Below are positions 28,465 to 39,896 of a stretch of 64,000 bases of DNA, one piece after another. Source of the DNA: Promethearchaeota archaeon (lineage in GTDB: Archaea > Asgardarchaeota > Lokiarchaeia > Sigyniarchaeales > SOKP01). A program made the translations under genes and the position numbers. The stretch spans positions 1 through 64,000 of the forward strand of contig JAGXNO010000012.1 in the NCBI GenBank assembly GCA_019894975.1, given 5' to 3'. The notes below the pieces were generated by a model that saw nothing but the letters and a program-made list of their open reading frames with translations, did no database searches and was not told the DNA's origin. Position 1 is the first letter of the stretch, and each line of letters begins with the position of its first letter.

Positions 28465-29982
28465 ATGAGTCGAAGTGCTAGGGTTAACCAAGTTATATTG
28501 ATCATTCTAGATGATGTACGAGCAGAACATTTATTCAAATGGATGAAGGAAGGAAAGCTTCCAAACATTGCTCAACTCGCAGATAATGGTGTTTCATGTA
28601 AAAATACAGTTACATCATTTCCTAGTGTTACTTTACCTTGTTATGCAGACATCATAACTGGTTCTAATTCGGGATATTTTCCCAAAGAAGGAAGTGGGGT
28701 ACCTAATTATCATTGGATTGATCGTACAATTCCCTCCTCGGTAAAAAAGAAACCACCTTTAATTCGTAATTACAGCGAACGACGAGATGTATTAAAAATT
28801 AACAAAGATATTGGCAAGAATGTTAAAACAATATTTGAACAGGCAGGGGACGGGAACTTTTTAAGTGCAACCAGTTTTTTATACAGAGGTTCTACTTTCA
28901 CTACCTCAAAAGAATTCAAACCAGAATTGATCTTAAAAAGAATAGAAGATATTTACAATAATCCTAAAGAGCTTTTTTCTAACAAAGAGGTCCCAAAAGT
29001 TTCTGTAGGATATGTCCCTCATACTGACGACTTGATGCATAAGAAAGGATTTGATCATCCTGACTATATTAATTTGGTAATTAGATGTGACGAGTTTATA
29101 GGATCTTTAATTAAAACACTTAAGGAAACAGGCTACTATGAGGATACAGCAATAGCTATTACTACTGATCACGGAAATTATAAAGCTCCGAACATTTTTG
29201 ACCTTGAACCTTTCTTTAAAGAGAAGGGTTTAAAACCTTATAATCCCATAAAAGGTTCAGGAGATTTTGACGCAAATCTTGGAGGTGTGGGATTTTTCAA
29301 CTTTAGAGGAGATTCATGGTTCCATCATCCCACAGTTAATCAGATGAAGGAGTACAATACAAGCGAAATCGGTGCTACTAAGATGAATTTGTTTGAAATT
29401 CTTTGGGATATACCAGGTATTGAATTGATGTATTATAAAGATGATAATAATAATGCTGAAAAAGGTATTATCCATTTAGAGAGAAGAGATCTAAAAATAA
29501 ATAAAATCTCAAGAGGAAGAATTGAATATTCTGGATATGGAAAACATCAGAAAACTAAATATGTGTTTGATGATGATGATTTATTTGGATACGTTAATAG
29601 CGAAAAATCTTGCACACTTCTTGATAATAAATCTCATACAATAAATGAGTGGATTGAAGCAACTTATCAGACAAATTTTATAAACTTAATAGATCAACTT
29701 CCACGTCATTTTAAAAACCCTCGTTCGTGTGATATAATGGTGTCTAACACAGGTTTATATAATTATAACTATGAACATGGACATACTAAAGGTACTTCAC
29801 CATTCTCTCATGATATTGCTAGTCAGAAATCTATGTTTGTACCGTTAATAATTGGAGGATCATTAGAAATCCCAAAAATGGAGCTTGAGGTCTGTAAAAC
29901 AACAGATATAGTTCCCACCTTATTAGACTTATTAGGAAAGGAACCTCATTCAAGTGTATTAGGAGAATCAGTATTGAACTAA
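28465..29982 (+). CDS. Alkaline phosphatase superfamily (nucleotide pyrophosphatase/phosphodiesterase-like)
   Basis: IILDD, SFPSVTLP, TDDLMH, TTDHG and DIVPTLL. Confidence 0.87.
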   Translation: MSRSARVNQVILIILDDVRAEHLFKWMKEGKLPNIAQLADNGVSCKNTVTSFPSVTLPCYADIITGSNSGYFPKEGSGVPNYHWIDRTIPSSVKKKPPLIRNYSERRDVLKINKDIGKNVKTIFEQAGDGNFLSATSFLYRGSTFTTSKEFKPELILKRIEDIYNNPKELFSNKEVPKVSVGYVPHTDDLMHKKGFDHPDYINLVIRCDEFIGSLIKTLKETGYYEDTAIAITTDHGNYKAPNIFDLEPFFKEKGLKPYNPIKGSGDFDANLGGVGFFNFRGDSWFHHPTVNQMKEYNTSEIGATKMNLFEILWDIPGIELMYYKDDNNNAEKGIIHLERRDLKINKISRGRIEYSGYGKHQKTKYVFDDDDLFGYVNSEKSCTLLDNKSHTINEWIEATYQTNFINLIDQLPRHFKNPRSCDIMVSNTGLYNYNYEHGHTKGTSPFSHDIASQKSMFVPLIIGGSLEIPKMELEVCKTTDIVPTLLDLLGKEPHSSVLGESVLN

Positions 29983-30101
29983 TAGCAATAAGACTAATTA
30001 CTTTAATCTCTTTATTTTTTTACTTTGGTACATCCAATTAATTTTTATTAAAGAAATCTTTTACAAACTCAATTAGGATTTTCTATTAAATATTTTTTAT
30101 T

Positions 30102-32891
30102 ATGAAAGCAAATCACATTACTCTTGTTTCCGAAACTCATTGGGATAGGGAATGGTACTTACCTTTTCAAGAATTTCGAGCTAGACTTGTATTACTGATG
30201 GATAGATTACTAAATATTCTAAAAACAGACCCAGATTTTAAAAATTTCACATTAGATGGGCAAACTATTCCATTGGAGGATTATTTAGAGGTAAGACCTG
30301 AAAGAAAAGCAGAAATTAAAAAATATGTTAATGAAGGAAGGCTTTCTATTGGACCTATGTATGTACTACCTGATGAATTTCTTGTTAGTGGTGAATCCTT
30401 AATAAGAAATCTTATGATCGGACATCAGATTAGTAGGAAATTTGGGAAGTTTATGAAAGCAGGATATATACCTGATCCTTTTGGACATATTGCACAACTA
30501 CCTCAGATAATAAGCGGATGTGAAATACCCTCAATATTATTAATGCGCGGCTTTGGTAATGAATTTGAAGAAAACAATTTAAATATGGAATTTGTCTGGA
30601 ATTCTCCAGGGAACGCAACCTCTGTGTTAGGGATACATCTCATTTTAACCTACCATAATTTAGCATATTTGAATACAAAAACTATAAAAGGTGAGTTCAA
30701 GCCAGCATTAAGAAGGATCAAAAATGTTGTATTAGATTTCGAGAAACACATCGCAACACCTAATATTTTGTTAAATAATGGAATTGATCATGAGGAAGCG
30801 ACCCCAGAAATTCCAAAAATAATAGAACAATGGAATAAATTGTATCCTGAAACTCCTATAGAGCAGGCAGATTTTGAGTATTATGTTAATAAGGTAATGG
30901 AATCAGGTGCAGAACTGAAAGAGTACCAGGGGGAATTAAGAGGTGGAAAATACTCACCACTCTTGTCGGGGGTATTTTCAGCGCGAATGTGGATAAAGCA
31001 AAGAAATACCGCGATTGAGTATTTATATGAGAAATATACTGAACCACTATCAACTCTAAGTTGGGTACTCGATAAATATGAAAATTTCATATATCCAAAG
31101 GATTATATTTTAACTGGTCTAAAATGGTTGCAGAAAAATGCACCCCATGATAGTATTTGTGGTTGTAGTATAGATGAGGTTCATAATGAGATGAAGACTC
31201 GTTATGATTGGGCTGAGCAGATAGGTGAAGAAGTTTATAAGAACTCTTTTTTATACTTAGCTGAACTCATAAACCCTCATTCTAATTATGAAGGTCGAAG
31301 TGTTTTAATTATATTCAACCCTCTTCCGTGGAAGAGAAAAGATATTGTTGAATTTAATTCAATCTCAAAAAAAACGACGGGTGAAAGATTACCTTTTAAT
31401 ATTAAATTAATTGACTCTGAGGAGAATGAAATTGAATTTCAATATTGTCGTGTTGAAGAACAACCAAGATTTACACGAAAGCAAGGAGTTAGCCACAAAA
31501 TCTCATTTTTAGCAGAGGTTCCCGCTTTTGGTTATAGAGTTTATTACCTCTTTCCTGTAGAGTCTGAGAACTCTTTTGATCTTAATACAAAAGATTTTAA
31601 AATTACTAAAGATTTCTTAGAAAACGAATTTTATCTTGTTGAAATTAAGTCAAACGGCTTAATTAACGTTAAAGATAAGGATACGGGTATAATATATGAG
31701 AATGTATGTGAATTCGAAGATATGGGAGATTGGGGAGATGAATACGACTTTTCTGGTCCGAAAGAGAATCAAACAGATTTAAGATTCTCAACTGAAGATG
31801 CTGCTCTTTTTGAGAAGTCTGTGTACATTAATGGCCCGACTCAAAAAACCTTCAAGTTAAGATTGAATTTAAAGTTACCTTATTCTCTTACGGAGGATCG
31901 ATATAATAGAGAAGAATGGTTGGTTGATAATAAGATAACGGTTTTTATAACCTTATATAAAGCAATTAAGCGAATAGATTTTAAAATTGAGTTTGAGAAT
32001 AATAGTCGAGATCATAGAATTCGTGTATTGTTTCCTACTATGATAAAATCTGATGTAGTTCATGCTGATGGTCATTTTTATGTAGTCCCAAGGAGCATTA
32101 AACTACCTAAAGCGGTAAAATGGGTTCAAGACCCTTTACCTACTAATCATCAAAAAGATTTTGTATCGATTAGTGATAATTCAAAAACTTTTGCTGTATT
32201 AAATAAAGGTTTACCGGAATATGAAGCAATTATTAATGATGATAAAACAATAACATTTGCGATTACTCTTCTGCGATGTGTTGAATGGTTGTCTCGTGAT
32301 GATTTCAGCTCAAGAAGATCTCATGCAGGTCCAGGTTATAAAACTCCTGGAGCACAATGCTTGGGTGAACATGCTTTTCAAATATCGGTTACTACTGAAT
32401 CAAAATCAAGCTGGTTAGATTCAAATATTCATCAACGGGGAAAACAATTTAACAATCCATTAAAACTAATATTTCCGGCGATGGCTCAAAGTGCTCTTAG
32501 AACTTCTAATAAAGTTATGTTAAATCCATCTGGGGAGCTTTCCTATGCGGGTGGATCTAAAACAAAACCAATTAAATCTTACCTTCCTCCCTCCTTATCA
32601 TTTCTTAACATTGATAATAGGTATATAGCTTTAAGCGCCTTAAAAAAGGCAGAGGAGGGGAATGATATTATTCTTAGAATCTTTAATATCTCATCTAAAT
32701 CTCAAAATACAAGATTAACCTTCTACGAGAAAATCTTAATTAGGAATGCCGAAATTGTTAACCTCCTTGAAGAGAAACCGAAGAATGAAATTAAAGCAAC
32801 AATTAATAATTATAATCAGAACAATCTTGATATAGAATTAAAACCTCATGTAATAGTTACTTTAAAAATTGACTATGAATTAATTCATTAA
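30102..32891 (+). CDS. GH38 alpha-mannosidase (MngB-like)
   Basis: THWDREWY, LDGQ, PDEFLVSGE, PDPFGH and PHDSICGCS. Confidence 0.93.
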   Translation: MKANHITLVSETHWDREWYLPFQEFRARLVLLMDRLLNILKTDPDFKNFTLDGQTIPLEDYLEVRPERKAEIKKYVNEGRLSIGPMYVLPDEFLVSGESLIRNLMIGHQISRKFGKFMKAGYIPDPFGHIAQLPQIISGCEIPSILLMRGFGNEFEENNLNMEFVWNSPGNATSVLGIHLILTYHNLAYLNTKTIKGEFKPALRRIKNVVLDFEKHIATPNILLNNGIDHEEATPEIPKIIEQWNKLYPETPIEQADFEYYVNKVMESGAELKEYQGELRGGKYSPLLSGVFSARMWIKQRNTAIEYLYEKYTEPLSTLSWVLDKYENFIYPKDYILTGLKWLQKNAPHDSICGCSIDEVHNEMKTRYDWAEQIGEEVYKNSFLYLAELINPHSNYEGRSVLIIFNPLPWKRKDIVEFNSISKKTTGERLPFNIKLIDSEENEIEFQYCRVEEQPRFTRKQGVSHKISFLAEVPAFGYRVYYLFPVESENSFDLNTKDFKITKDFLENEFYLVEIKSNGLINVKDKDTGIIYENVCEFEDMGDWGDEYDFSGPKENQTDLRFSTEDAALFEKSVYINGPTQKTFKLRLNLKLPYSLTEDRYNREEWLVDNKITVFITLYKAIKRIDFKIEFENNSRDHRIRVLFPTMIKSDVVHADGHFYVVPRSIKLPKAVKWVQDPLPTNHQKDFVSISDNSKTFAVLNKGLPEYEAIINDDKTITFAITLLRCVEWLSRDDFSSRRSHAGPGYKTPGAQCLGEHAFQISVTTESKSSWLDSNIHQRGKQFNNPLKLIFPAMAQSALRTSNKVMLNPSGELSYAGGSKTKPIKSYLPPSLSFLNIDNRYIALSALKKAEEGNDIILRIFNISSKSQNTRLTFYEKILIRNAEIVNLLEEKPKNEIKATINNYNQNNLDIELKPHVIVTLKIDYELIH

Positions 32892-32919
32892 AAAAATCTG
32901 CTAAAAAGCATAGTCTCTT

Positions 32920-34605
32920 TTATAGAAATCCGTATGATGGGAAAAATACAACCATCATCCAAGCATAGAAGATCGATATAAAGATCGTGGAGCTTAGAAT
33001 ATTTCTTGAATGGATATAAACCCAGGTAACAGTGCAATTTTGGATAATTGAAAAAATAACCCACGCTAACATGTAGAGTGCATAAGGAGGTAAATATGCT
33101 AAATTCATTTTTCCCACAAGAATAATCGTAACTATGAGGAAATTATCTATAAAGATACCTATACCAGCCATGATAAAATATTCCTCATATTTATATGATG
33201 TGTTTAGTTTCCCTTGGATGCTCCTAAAATAAAACTCTCTAATAAAGAAAAAGGGGAGTGATATTATTGTAATTAGGATAATTGACCCAACTCCTCTTAA
33301 TGTTGGTAAAGTATTTTGAACAGACCAGTGCCAAATTGCGGCTATTGATAAAATTGAAATTAGTGCTATAGTAGCGCCAAATATTATTGAATGACGAGGT
33401 TTTAATGAAATCAATTCCTTCACTCTTCGAAAAAAGTCCTTTATACTATATTTTTCTCCCGTGTTCAACAGAATGAGATTATATATTAGAAAAGATCCAA
33501 TTGCGGCTCCAATAATAAGGATTAAAGTAATATTAGTTGTAGAGAGGGTAAAAAGATCTTCAGAAAGGGTTGATAAGAATAAAAAGAAAGTAATTTGAAT
33601 TAATTCAACAGGGAAAGTATAATATATTATAAGTTTGTGAATTGATATTTTTTTATCTACATCGGATATCCTTGTTTCAAGTACAGCCTTTTTATGCTTA
33701 AAGATAAAATGCCCTAAATAAACCACTAGAATTGAATTAAGTGCTATAATACCCGCAAGAGAGAAATAAGAAAAGAATTGAAGGGCGGGAGCAGTGATAA
33801 AAATATTATCACCCTTTTCCCCATTAAAAGCTTGTTCAAGCCATTGAACAGTTTGATAAATAGTAGTATAGTCAACTATTTCAGTCCAATGGTCAGCAAA
33901 TGGACTTATAAAGGCTTTTGTGTTGTTTCCATTAGTAAAATCTCCATCGTATATGACTCCGACTTCCACATCTTCCCTTCCAGTATATATCCTTAAAACA
34001 TTAAGCATTGTTTCTTCTGTCAATCCTGGATCAAATCTTCCGGAGACCATTAAAAGGTTTGATATGTTTGTAACTACCGTAGAAATACCCCCAATTGCAA
34101 TTGTAGTATTTATTCTATTGGGATAAGTATTAGAAAGAGCTAATGCTGTATATGCACCCAATGAATGCCCAACAAGACCAATTTCTGTAATGTATGGTAA
34201 ATTATAGTCTAAATAATCCGCCGCAGCCTTCATATCTAATTTTAATTTACTTCTATCAAAAAAGCCCCCAGAAGCACCATGACCTCTGAAGTCTAAATTT
34301 ATTACTGTAAATCCTCTTTTAGCTATTTCTATGCTTATCGGTTGCATATTAAGTTTATTTCCAAAAAAACCGTGGGCAACAACTACTCCACCATGACTTT
34401 TTTCTCCTTTTGGAGTATATTGAAAAGCGCTTATATAAACCCCGTCTTCAGTTTCAAGAGCTAATGGTTTAATAGTATATGATTGTTTTAATTCAGGAAA
34501 AAAGGTGAGAAAAAATAATGGAACTACCCCAATTAAAATTATAACAATACTTACAAAGAGCGCAAATTTTGTTCTATTAGATGTTAACCTTTTTAGATTC
34601 ACCAA
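32920..34605 (-). CDS. Membrane-bound alpha/beta hydrolase
   Basis: AHGF, DFRGHG and GHSLG nucleophile motif; multi-TM C-terminal half. Confidence 0.85.
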   Translation of the reverse strand: MVNLKRLTSNRTKFALFVSIVIILIGVVPLFFLTFFPELKQSYTIKPLALETEDGVYISAFQYTPKGEKSHGGVVVAHGFFGNKLNMQPISIEIAKRGFTVINLDFRGHGASGGFFDRSKLKLDMKAAADYLDYNLPYITEIGLVGHSLGAYTALALSNTYPNRINTTIAIGGISTVVTNISNLLMVSGRFDPGLTEETMLNVLRIYTGREDVEVGVIYDGDFTNGNNTKAFISPFADHWTEIVDYTTIYQTVQWLEQAFNGEKGDNIFITAPALQFFSYFSLAGIIALNSILVVYLGHFIFKHKKAVLETRISDVDKKISIHKLIIYYTFPVELIQITFFLFLSTLSEDLFTLSTTNITLILIIGAAIGSFLIYNLILLNTGEKYSIKDFFRRVKELISLKPRHSIIFGATIALISILSIAAIWHWSVQNTLPTLRGVGSIILITIISLPFFFIREFYFRSIQGKLNTSYKYEEYFIMAGIGIFIDNFLIVTIILVGKMNLAYLPPYALYMLAWVIFSIIQNCTVTWVYIHSRNILSSTIFISIFYAWMMVVFFPSYGFL

Positions 34606-34791
34606 GAAGTTTTTCTACTCTCGTTTTTAATTAATTCTTTTTAGTGAATTATTAATTAAAATTTCATATTCTCGAAACGCTATATAAAATAATTAAGAAT
34701 CTTGATCATTTGAAATTACTTTTATTCTAGTAAAAACTTTTCTTTTATAGTCTAAAGGATTATCATTATTAATTAAAAAGAATAGTGCACT

Positions 34792-35862
34792 TTGATGAAA
34801 TTTTCAGAATATATAAAGGAATACAAGTGGAAAATTAATGATGTAATTAAGTCTATTTATGATAAAAAACTTCAAAGTATTAAAAATCCGTTCCTTAAAG
34901 AATATTATCTTGAATTGAAAGATTACTTTCTCGCGGGAGGTAAGAGAATTCGACCTTTATTATGCATAGCTACTTATAATGCTTTTAAGGATAAAAAGGA
35001 TGAAAATATTATATATCCAAGTGTAGGAACTGAATTCTTGCATAATGCATCTCTTATTCATGATGATATTATTGATAAAGATGATTTTAGAAGAGGGAAA
35101 CCAGCTTTTCACTTTCGGTTTCAGAATTACCACCAAAATTATAACTTAAAAAAAATGGAAGCTCAGGAATTCGGAAATTCTATAGGAATAATAGGAGGGG
35201 ATTCAGCTTTCATTATGGGTTTGGAAGCTTATTTTTTTAATAACTTTGATAAAGAATTCAACTTGCAAGCAATAAAATATTATGAACAAGCATTTTTAGA
35301 TATAATTAGCGGAGTTTTAATCGAAACTGATATGGTAAATCAAACAGACCTCACACTTTCAGATTATATTGAGATGGTATCTTTAAAAACTGGAGCTTTA
35401 ATTGAAAAATCGATTTTAATAGGTGCAAACTATGCTAATGTTAGCGAAGAATTCATCAAATACCTTTCAATCTATGGAACAAATGTTGGTATTATTTTTC
35501 AGATAATTGATGATATCTTAGGGACTTTTGGAGATGAAAATATTACAGGTAAACCAACTGATGGAGATATTCGAGAAAATAAATTAACCGCTTTAAAAAT
35601 CAATGCTTTAAACGGATTAAATGACTCGAAAAAAAGTCAACTTTTAAAATTGCTTGAGAATCCTAATATGAATAAAGATGATGTTGAAAAAGTTAAAGAA
35701 CTATTTATTGAAGCAGACGCTATTAATTCATGTAAAGAGTTGGCAAATAAATACTATCAAAAAGCAAGTTCATCTCTAGATGATTTAAAATCGACAATCA
35801 ATCAGTCTGAAGCAGAATTTTTCGAAAATTTATTGAATTTTGTTATAGAGAGAAAATTCTAA
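34792..35862 (+). CDS. Polyprenyl diphosphate synthase (GGPP synthase-like)
   Basis: GGKRIRP, HDDIID...RRG, KTG and FQIIDD. Confidence 0.92.
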   Translation: MMKFSEYIKEYKWKINDVIKSIYDKKLQSIKNPFLKEYYLELKDYFLAGGKRIRPLLCIATYNAFKDKKDENIIYPSVGTEFLHNASLIHDDIIDKDDFRRGKPAFHFRFQNYHQNYNLKKMEAQEFGNSIGIIGGDSAFIMGLEAYFFNNFDKEFNLQAIKYYEQAFLDIISGVLIETDMVNQTDLTLSDYIEMVSLKTGALIEKSILIGANYANVSEEFIKYLSIYGTNVGIIFQIIDDILGTFGDENITGKPTDGDIRENKLTALKINALNGLNDSKKSQLLKLLENPNMNKDDVEKVKELFIEADAINSCKELANKYYQKASSSLDDLKSTINQSEAEFFENLLNFVIERKF

Positions 35863-35983
35863 GAAGAAAATATCTTTTTTTCTTAATTTAATATAGAAAA
35901 AGATAAGAACTAAAAATCATAGAAGAAATATTAAGCTCAATGAAAAGTGTATACCTTTATTAAAACATTTGGGATGGATTTGA

Positions 35984-36532
35984 ATGTTAATCGCTATTAC
36001 TGGAGCCACTGGTGTAGATTTAGCAGTTAAGATCTTAGAAACTCTGAAAGAAAAGAACATTAAGGTTTCTTTAATAATTTCTAAAATTGCAGAAAAAATA
36101 ATCAATATTGAAACCGATTACGATATATCTGAAATTCGTGAATTAGCAGATAATAATTACGATGTAGATGATTTATTAGCTCCTCCTGCAAGTGGTTCCT
36201 TTAAGATAGATACTATGATAGTAATTCCTTGCTCAATGAAAACCTTATCAGCAATCGCAAATGGCTATGCAAATAATCTAATTTCGAGAGCTGCTGATGT
36301 AATGATAAAAGAAAAGAGAAAATTAGTATTAGTAGTAAGAGAGACGCCTTTTAATGCTATACACCTTGAGAACATGCTTAAATTAGCGAGATTGGGAGTG
36401 ATTATTAATCCACCTATCCCTTCATATTATATAAAACCTAAAAGCGTTGACCAACTCATTGAATACACCATTGGGAGGATTTTAGATCAAATTGGTATTG
36501 ACAGTGACATCCCACGATGGGGATCAATCTGA
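35984..36532 (+). CDS. ubiX: Flavin prenyltransferase
   Basis: ITGATG, ASGS, PCSMKTL, RAADV and VRETP. Confidence 0.95.
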   Translation: MLIAITGATGVDLAVKILETLKEKNIKVSLIISKIAEKIINIETDYDISEIRELADNNYDVDDLLAPPASGSFKIDTMIVIPCSMKTLSAIANGYANNLISRAADVMIKEKRKLVLVVRETPFNAIHLENMLKLARLGVIINPPIPSYYIKPKSVDQLIEYTIGRILDQIGIDSDIPRWGSI

Positions 36533-36594
36533 GAAGTATAAAATTAACTTTTAAATTTTTTAAATCAATAGTTCTACTACATAGGGGAAATTAA

Positions 36595-36978
36595 GTGAAA
36601 ATACTCCAAGATATTTGGATAATACATAAATCGGGAATAGTGATCTTTCACAGAGCTTTTACAGAGTCTATGTCGCCTCAGGCATTTGGAGCTATGATGA
36701 GTGCACTTAACTCTTTTGCAGAGCAATTGACTGAAGGAGGATTATCTAATTTTGAACTATATAACAAAAAATTTACAATAGTTAAGAAACTTTATCTTAC
36801 GTTTATAGCTAATTCATCAAAAGAATATAATCAGAAAAAAATTAATCGCGAATTAGAAAAAATATCAAAGAAATTCTTAAAGTCCTACTCTAAGGACTTA
36901 GAAAATTATCAAGGTCAGATAGGAGCATTCACTCAGTTTGAACAATTAATTAAAGATTCCTTAGAGGAAAGTACCTAA
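36595..36978 (+). CDS. Stand-alone longin-like domain protein
   Basis: IWIIHKSGIVIFHR...MMSALNSFA...LEKISKKF, the same pattern as the C-domains of the 7TM fusions. Confidence 0.68.
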   Translation: MKILQDIWIIHKSGIVIFHRAFTESMSPQAFGAMMSALNSFAEQLTEGGLSNFELYNKKFTIVKKLYLTFIANSSKEYNQKKINRELEKISKKFLKSYSKDLENYQGQIGAFTQFEQLIKDSLEEST

Positions 36979-36993
36979 AAAAGTTTGATATAA

Positions 36994-38112
36994 TCATTGG
37001 TTCAACCATCTATAAAATTCACCAAGAATTACAAATTTATCATTATTATTTTTTAGTTTAGTTATATTATCTAGATTCAATAACCATAGACATGAACGTA
37101 GCTCATTTTTTAACGTTTTTATTTCTTTAACTGTATTAGAGATAGTATTAGCTTTTCGATCTTTCCATGCAGATTGAAGAAAGTTATAAGCAAACCCTCC
37201 AACATCAGCCCCTAATGCTAAAGATTTAGCAATGTCTATACCTGTTCTTAATCCCCCTGTAGCAATTATTATTTTTTGAGAAACTTTTCTAACATATATG
37301 ATACTAATTGGTGTTGGGATTCCCCATTCTCTAAAGGTTTCCGCAGGATCTCGAGTAAATTTTTGATTATTGAAGTTTTTTCTTTTTGATTCAATTGCCG
37401 CAAAACTCGTTCCACCTGCTCCTCCGATATCAAAACCATCAAATCCCAGTTTATCAAGGTTTAATGCTAAATCTTGGTTAAAGCCGGTTCCAACCTCTTT
37501 TGCAATTATTGGAATATCATAGGTTTCTCGGATGTTCTTAAAATTTCTACGAAAGAGTTTATACGATATATCCCCTTTGTCTTGAACCAATTCATGTAGA
37601 ATGTTTAGATGAATCGCCATTACATCAGCATTTACCATTTCTATACATCTCTTGAAATTTTCAACTTTAAAATCTTCACTACTGACTTGGCCAATTCCAA
37701 TGTTTCCAATTATGGGTATAGTAGGTGCGACTTTACGGGTAATCTCAAATGAATCTAATAAAGTAGAATCTTCAATTCCAGCACGTTGACTTCCGACACT
37801 CATAATAATATTTTCTTCCTCTGCCGCTTTTGCTAGTATTTCATTAATCTCTTTTGAGACGGGATGACCACCAGTAATTGCAGAGATACAGATTGGAGCA
37901 GAAATTATCTTATCATAGAATTTCATAGTAAGATCAATTTCGTCAAAATCTATGTCTGGAACAGGGTGATGTATTAGTTTCATATCCCTAAAATAATTTT
38001 TAGAATGTTGTACGTCATATTCTAAGGCTATTCTGAGATGTTCTATTTTTCTGTCCATTATCTCTTTCGGGTTATTCTCCTTTGACATTTCTTTCCTCTC
38101 TATTTCAGTCAT
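36994..38112 (-). CDS. fni: Type 2 isopentenyl-diphosphate isomerase
   Basis: RKIEH, ITGG, VGSQR, KEVG, AGGTSF and TGGLRTG. Confidence 0.95.
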   Translation of the reverse strand: MTEIERKEMSKENNPKEIMDRKIEHLRIALEYDVQHSKNYFRDMKLIHHPVPDIDFDEIDLTMKFYDKIISAPICISAITGGHPVSKEINEILAKAAEEENIIMSVGSQRAGIEDSTLLDSFEITRKVAPTIPIIGNIGIGQVSSEDFKVENFKRCIEMVNADVMAIHLNILHELVQDKGDISYKLFRRNFKNIRETYDIPIIAKEVGTGFNQDLALNLDKLGFDGFDIGGAGGTSFAAIESKRKNFNNQKFTRDPAETFREWGIPTPISIIYVRKVSQKIIIATGGLRTGIDIAKSLALGADVGGFAYNFLQSAWKDRKANTISNTVKEIKTLKNELRSCLWLLNLDNITKLKNNNDKFVILGEFYRWLNQ

Positions 38113-38128
38113 TTTAATAAAAACAATC

Positions 38129-38968
38129 CTAATTGTTAATTTTTACTACTGTACAAATTACACTTTGATTTTTTAATGATTTGAATATATAATTTTTCTT
38201 CAACCCATTCAGAATTTGTACAAGAATATTGAAATTACAGATATCCTTAATTGAGTTAATTTTTCCTTTAATCCCTCCTGTAACATCGATTTTTTGTCCT
38301 AAATCTGCTAAATTCAAAGAGTTTAAATCACTTGAAAGGATTTCAGGTACAAGTTTAATATTTTTATTCTTATTATCTTGAGTATTAATGAATATTCCAT
38401 CAGTTTCTATAGCGAAAATAACTTTTGAGATACGATATTTCTTTAATTCTTCACATAACTTGAAAATAATTTGATCTCCTGAAATTATAGAAAATGAACC
38501 TTGTTTATCAAAAATAATATCTCCATATAAAATTGGAAGTATATTAAGGTCTAACATAGTTTCAATTATATCAAGTGAGTTATTTATCGTATTACCTGAG
38601 TCATTTATAAAAATACTTGAGGGTTGAATCGATAAAGCAGGATAATTCCTTTCTAAAAACAAGTTAACTAGATAAGAATTAAATTTAACCATAGCCTGAT
38701 GAGTCTCAGTTAATCCAAAAATTTGATTTGGGACAGATGTATTTAACCCATTCAAAATTTCATATTTTTTTGCGAGTGGATGCCCAAAAGAACCACCGCC
38801 ATGGATTAAAATAATTTTTGCATTAGCATTAATTATTTGATCGACTGCGCTCTTAACTATTTCTTCTCTGACAGATAAGGGTTTTTCTTTATCAGTGAGT
38901 AACCCCCCACCTAATTTTAAAAGTATCACATCGTTTTCTTCTTTCAAATTCAACTCTCTCTTATCCAA
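38129..38968 (-). CDS. ipk: Isopentenyl phosphate kinase
   Basis: LKLGG, HGGGSFGH, ISGD and DVTGG..GK; located in the mevalonate cluster. Confidence 0.93.
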   Translation of the reverse strand: MDKRELNLKEENDVILLKLGGGLLTDKEKPLSVREEIVKSAVDQIINANAKIILIHGGGSFGHPLAKKYEILNGLNTSVPNQIFGLTETHQAMVKFNSYLVNLFLERNYPALSIQPSSIFINDSGNTINNSLDIIETMLDLNILPILYGDIIFDKQGSFSIISGDQIIFKLCEELKKYRISKVIFAIETDGIFINTQDNKNKNIKLVPEILSSDLNSLNLADLGQKIDVTGGIKGKINSIKDICNFNILVQILNGLKKNYIFKSLKNQSVICTVVKINN

Positions 38969-39896
38969 TCATAGTTTTCCAGGCATCATATCCTTTAGTC
39001 TCGATTGCTTTAGAAATTTTTAATTGAGATTCTTCATTTTCTGCCACAGCAATAACTAAACCACCTCGGCCTGTTCCCGTCATTTTAGCCCCGAGTGCTC
39101 CGGTTTGTAATGCTATATCAACTAACTTTTCATTCGCTTCTCCTGAAACCGTAATTTCCCTAAGAAGATTTTGGTTTTCATTCATTAATGTTCCTGTTTT
39201 ATTAATATCCCCATTAATTAATGCAACTTTTGCTTCTTCAGCTATGATCTTATATTTTTTAAAAATTTTTTCAAACTTTTCTGGATTTTCTTCCTTCAAA
39301 CGTCGAACATCAGCAACGACTTCTGTCGTAGATGCTGTGATTCCTGAATTTGCTATGACGAGATGCATTTTTTTAGAAGCTTTCATACGATCCATAGTAT
39401 TTTTACTCCCACTCAAACTTTTTATGAACCATATTAATCCCCCATAAGTGGAAGCAGTATTATCAATTCCAGAAGGAGTTCCATGGTAAGCTTTTTCTCC
39501 TTCATATGCAGTTTTGTTTATTTTTTCATCATCCAACTTAAGATCAAAAGTATCATTAAACGCACGAGCCAAGGATGTACATTGAGCTGCAGAAGCACCC
39601 ACACCACTTGCAGCCATTAAATTGCCTTTGAATGTTATCTCGAGTTTCTGATTTGTTATATCTATATTTAAATGCTCGATTACATTTTGTATAGAACGCA
39701 TAGCTTCATCTTTTTTTTTCTTTTTATATCCGGGAGTAGCAGGTCTTTGATCGTCTACAGTCCACCCATTACCTTCTACAACTTTAACATTTGCAATTGT
39801 ATAGGTATCTAATGCTGATGCAATTGCTGGAAGTCCATAAACGACAAAATGTTCCCCGAATAAGATAGTCTTCCCATATCCTTTCCCTATACCCAT
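38961..39896 (-). CDS. mvk: Mevalonate kinase
   Basis: GKTILFGEHFVVYG, HGTPSGID and GAKMTGTGRGG. Confidence 0.95.
   Translation of the reverse strand: MGIGKGYGKTILFGEHFVVYGLPAIASALDTYTIANVKVVEGNGWTVDDQRPATPGYKKKKKDEAMRSIQNVIEHLNIDITNQKLEITFKGNLMAASGVGASAAQCTSLARAFNDTFDLKLDDEKINKTAYEGEKAYHGTPSGIDNTASTYGGLIWFIKSLSGSKNTMDRMKASKKMHLVIANSGITASTTEVVADVRRLKEENPEKFEKIFKKYKIIAEEAKVALINGDINKTGTLMNENQNLLREITVSGEANEKLVDIALQTGALGAKMTGTGRGGLVIAVAENEESQLKISKAIETKGYDAWKTMIG

Noticed and set aside
35981-35983. TGA immediately before the ubiX ATG as possible Sec
   Set aside because: UbiX is already complete from the ATG (first strand LIAITGATG), and no SECIS was seen downstream.
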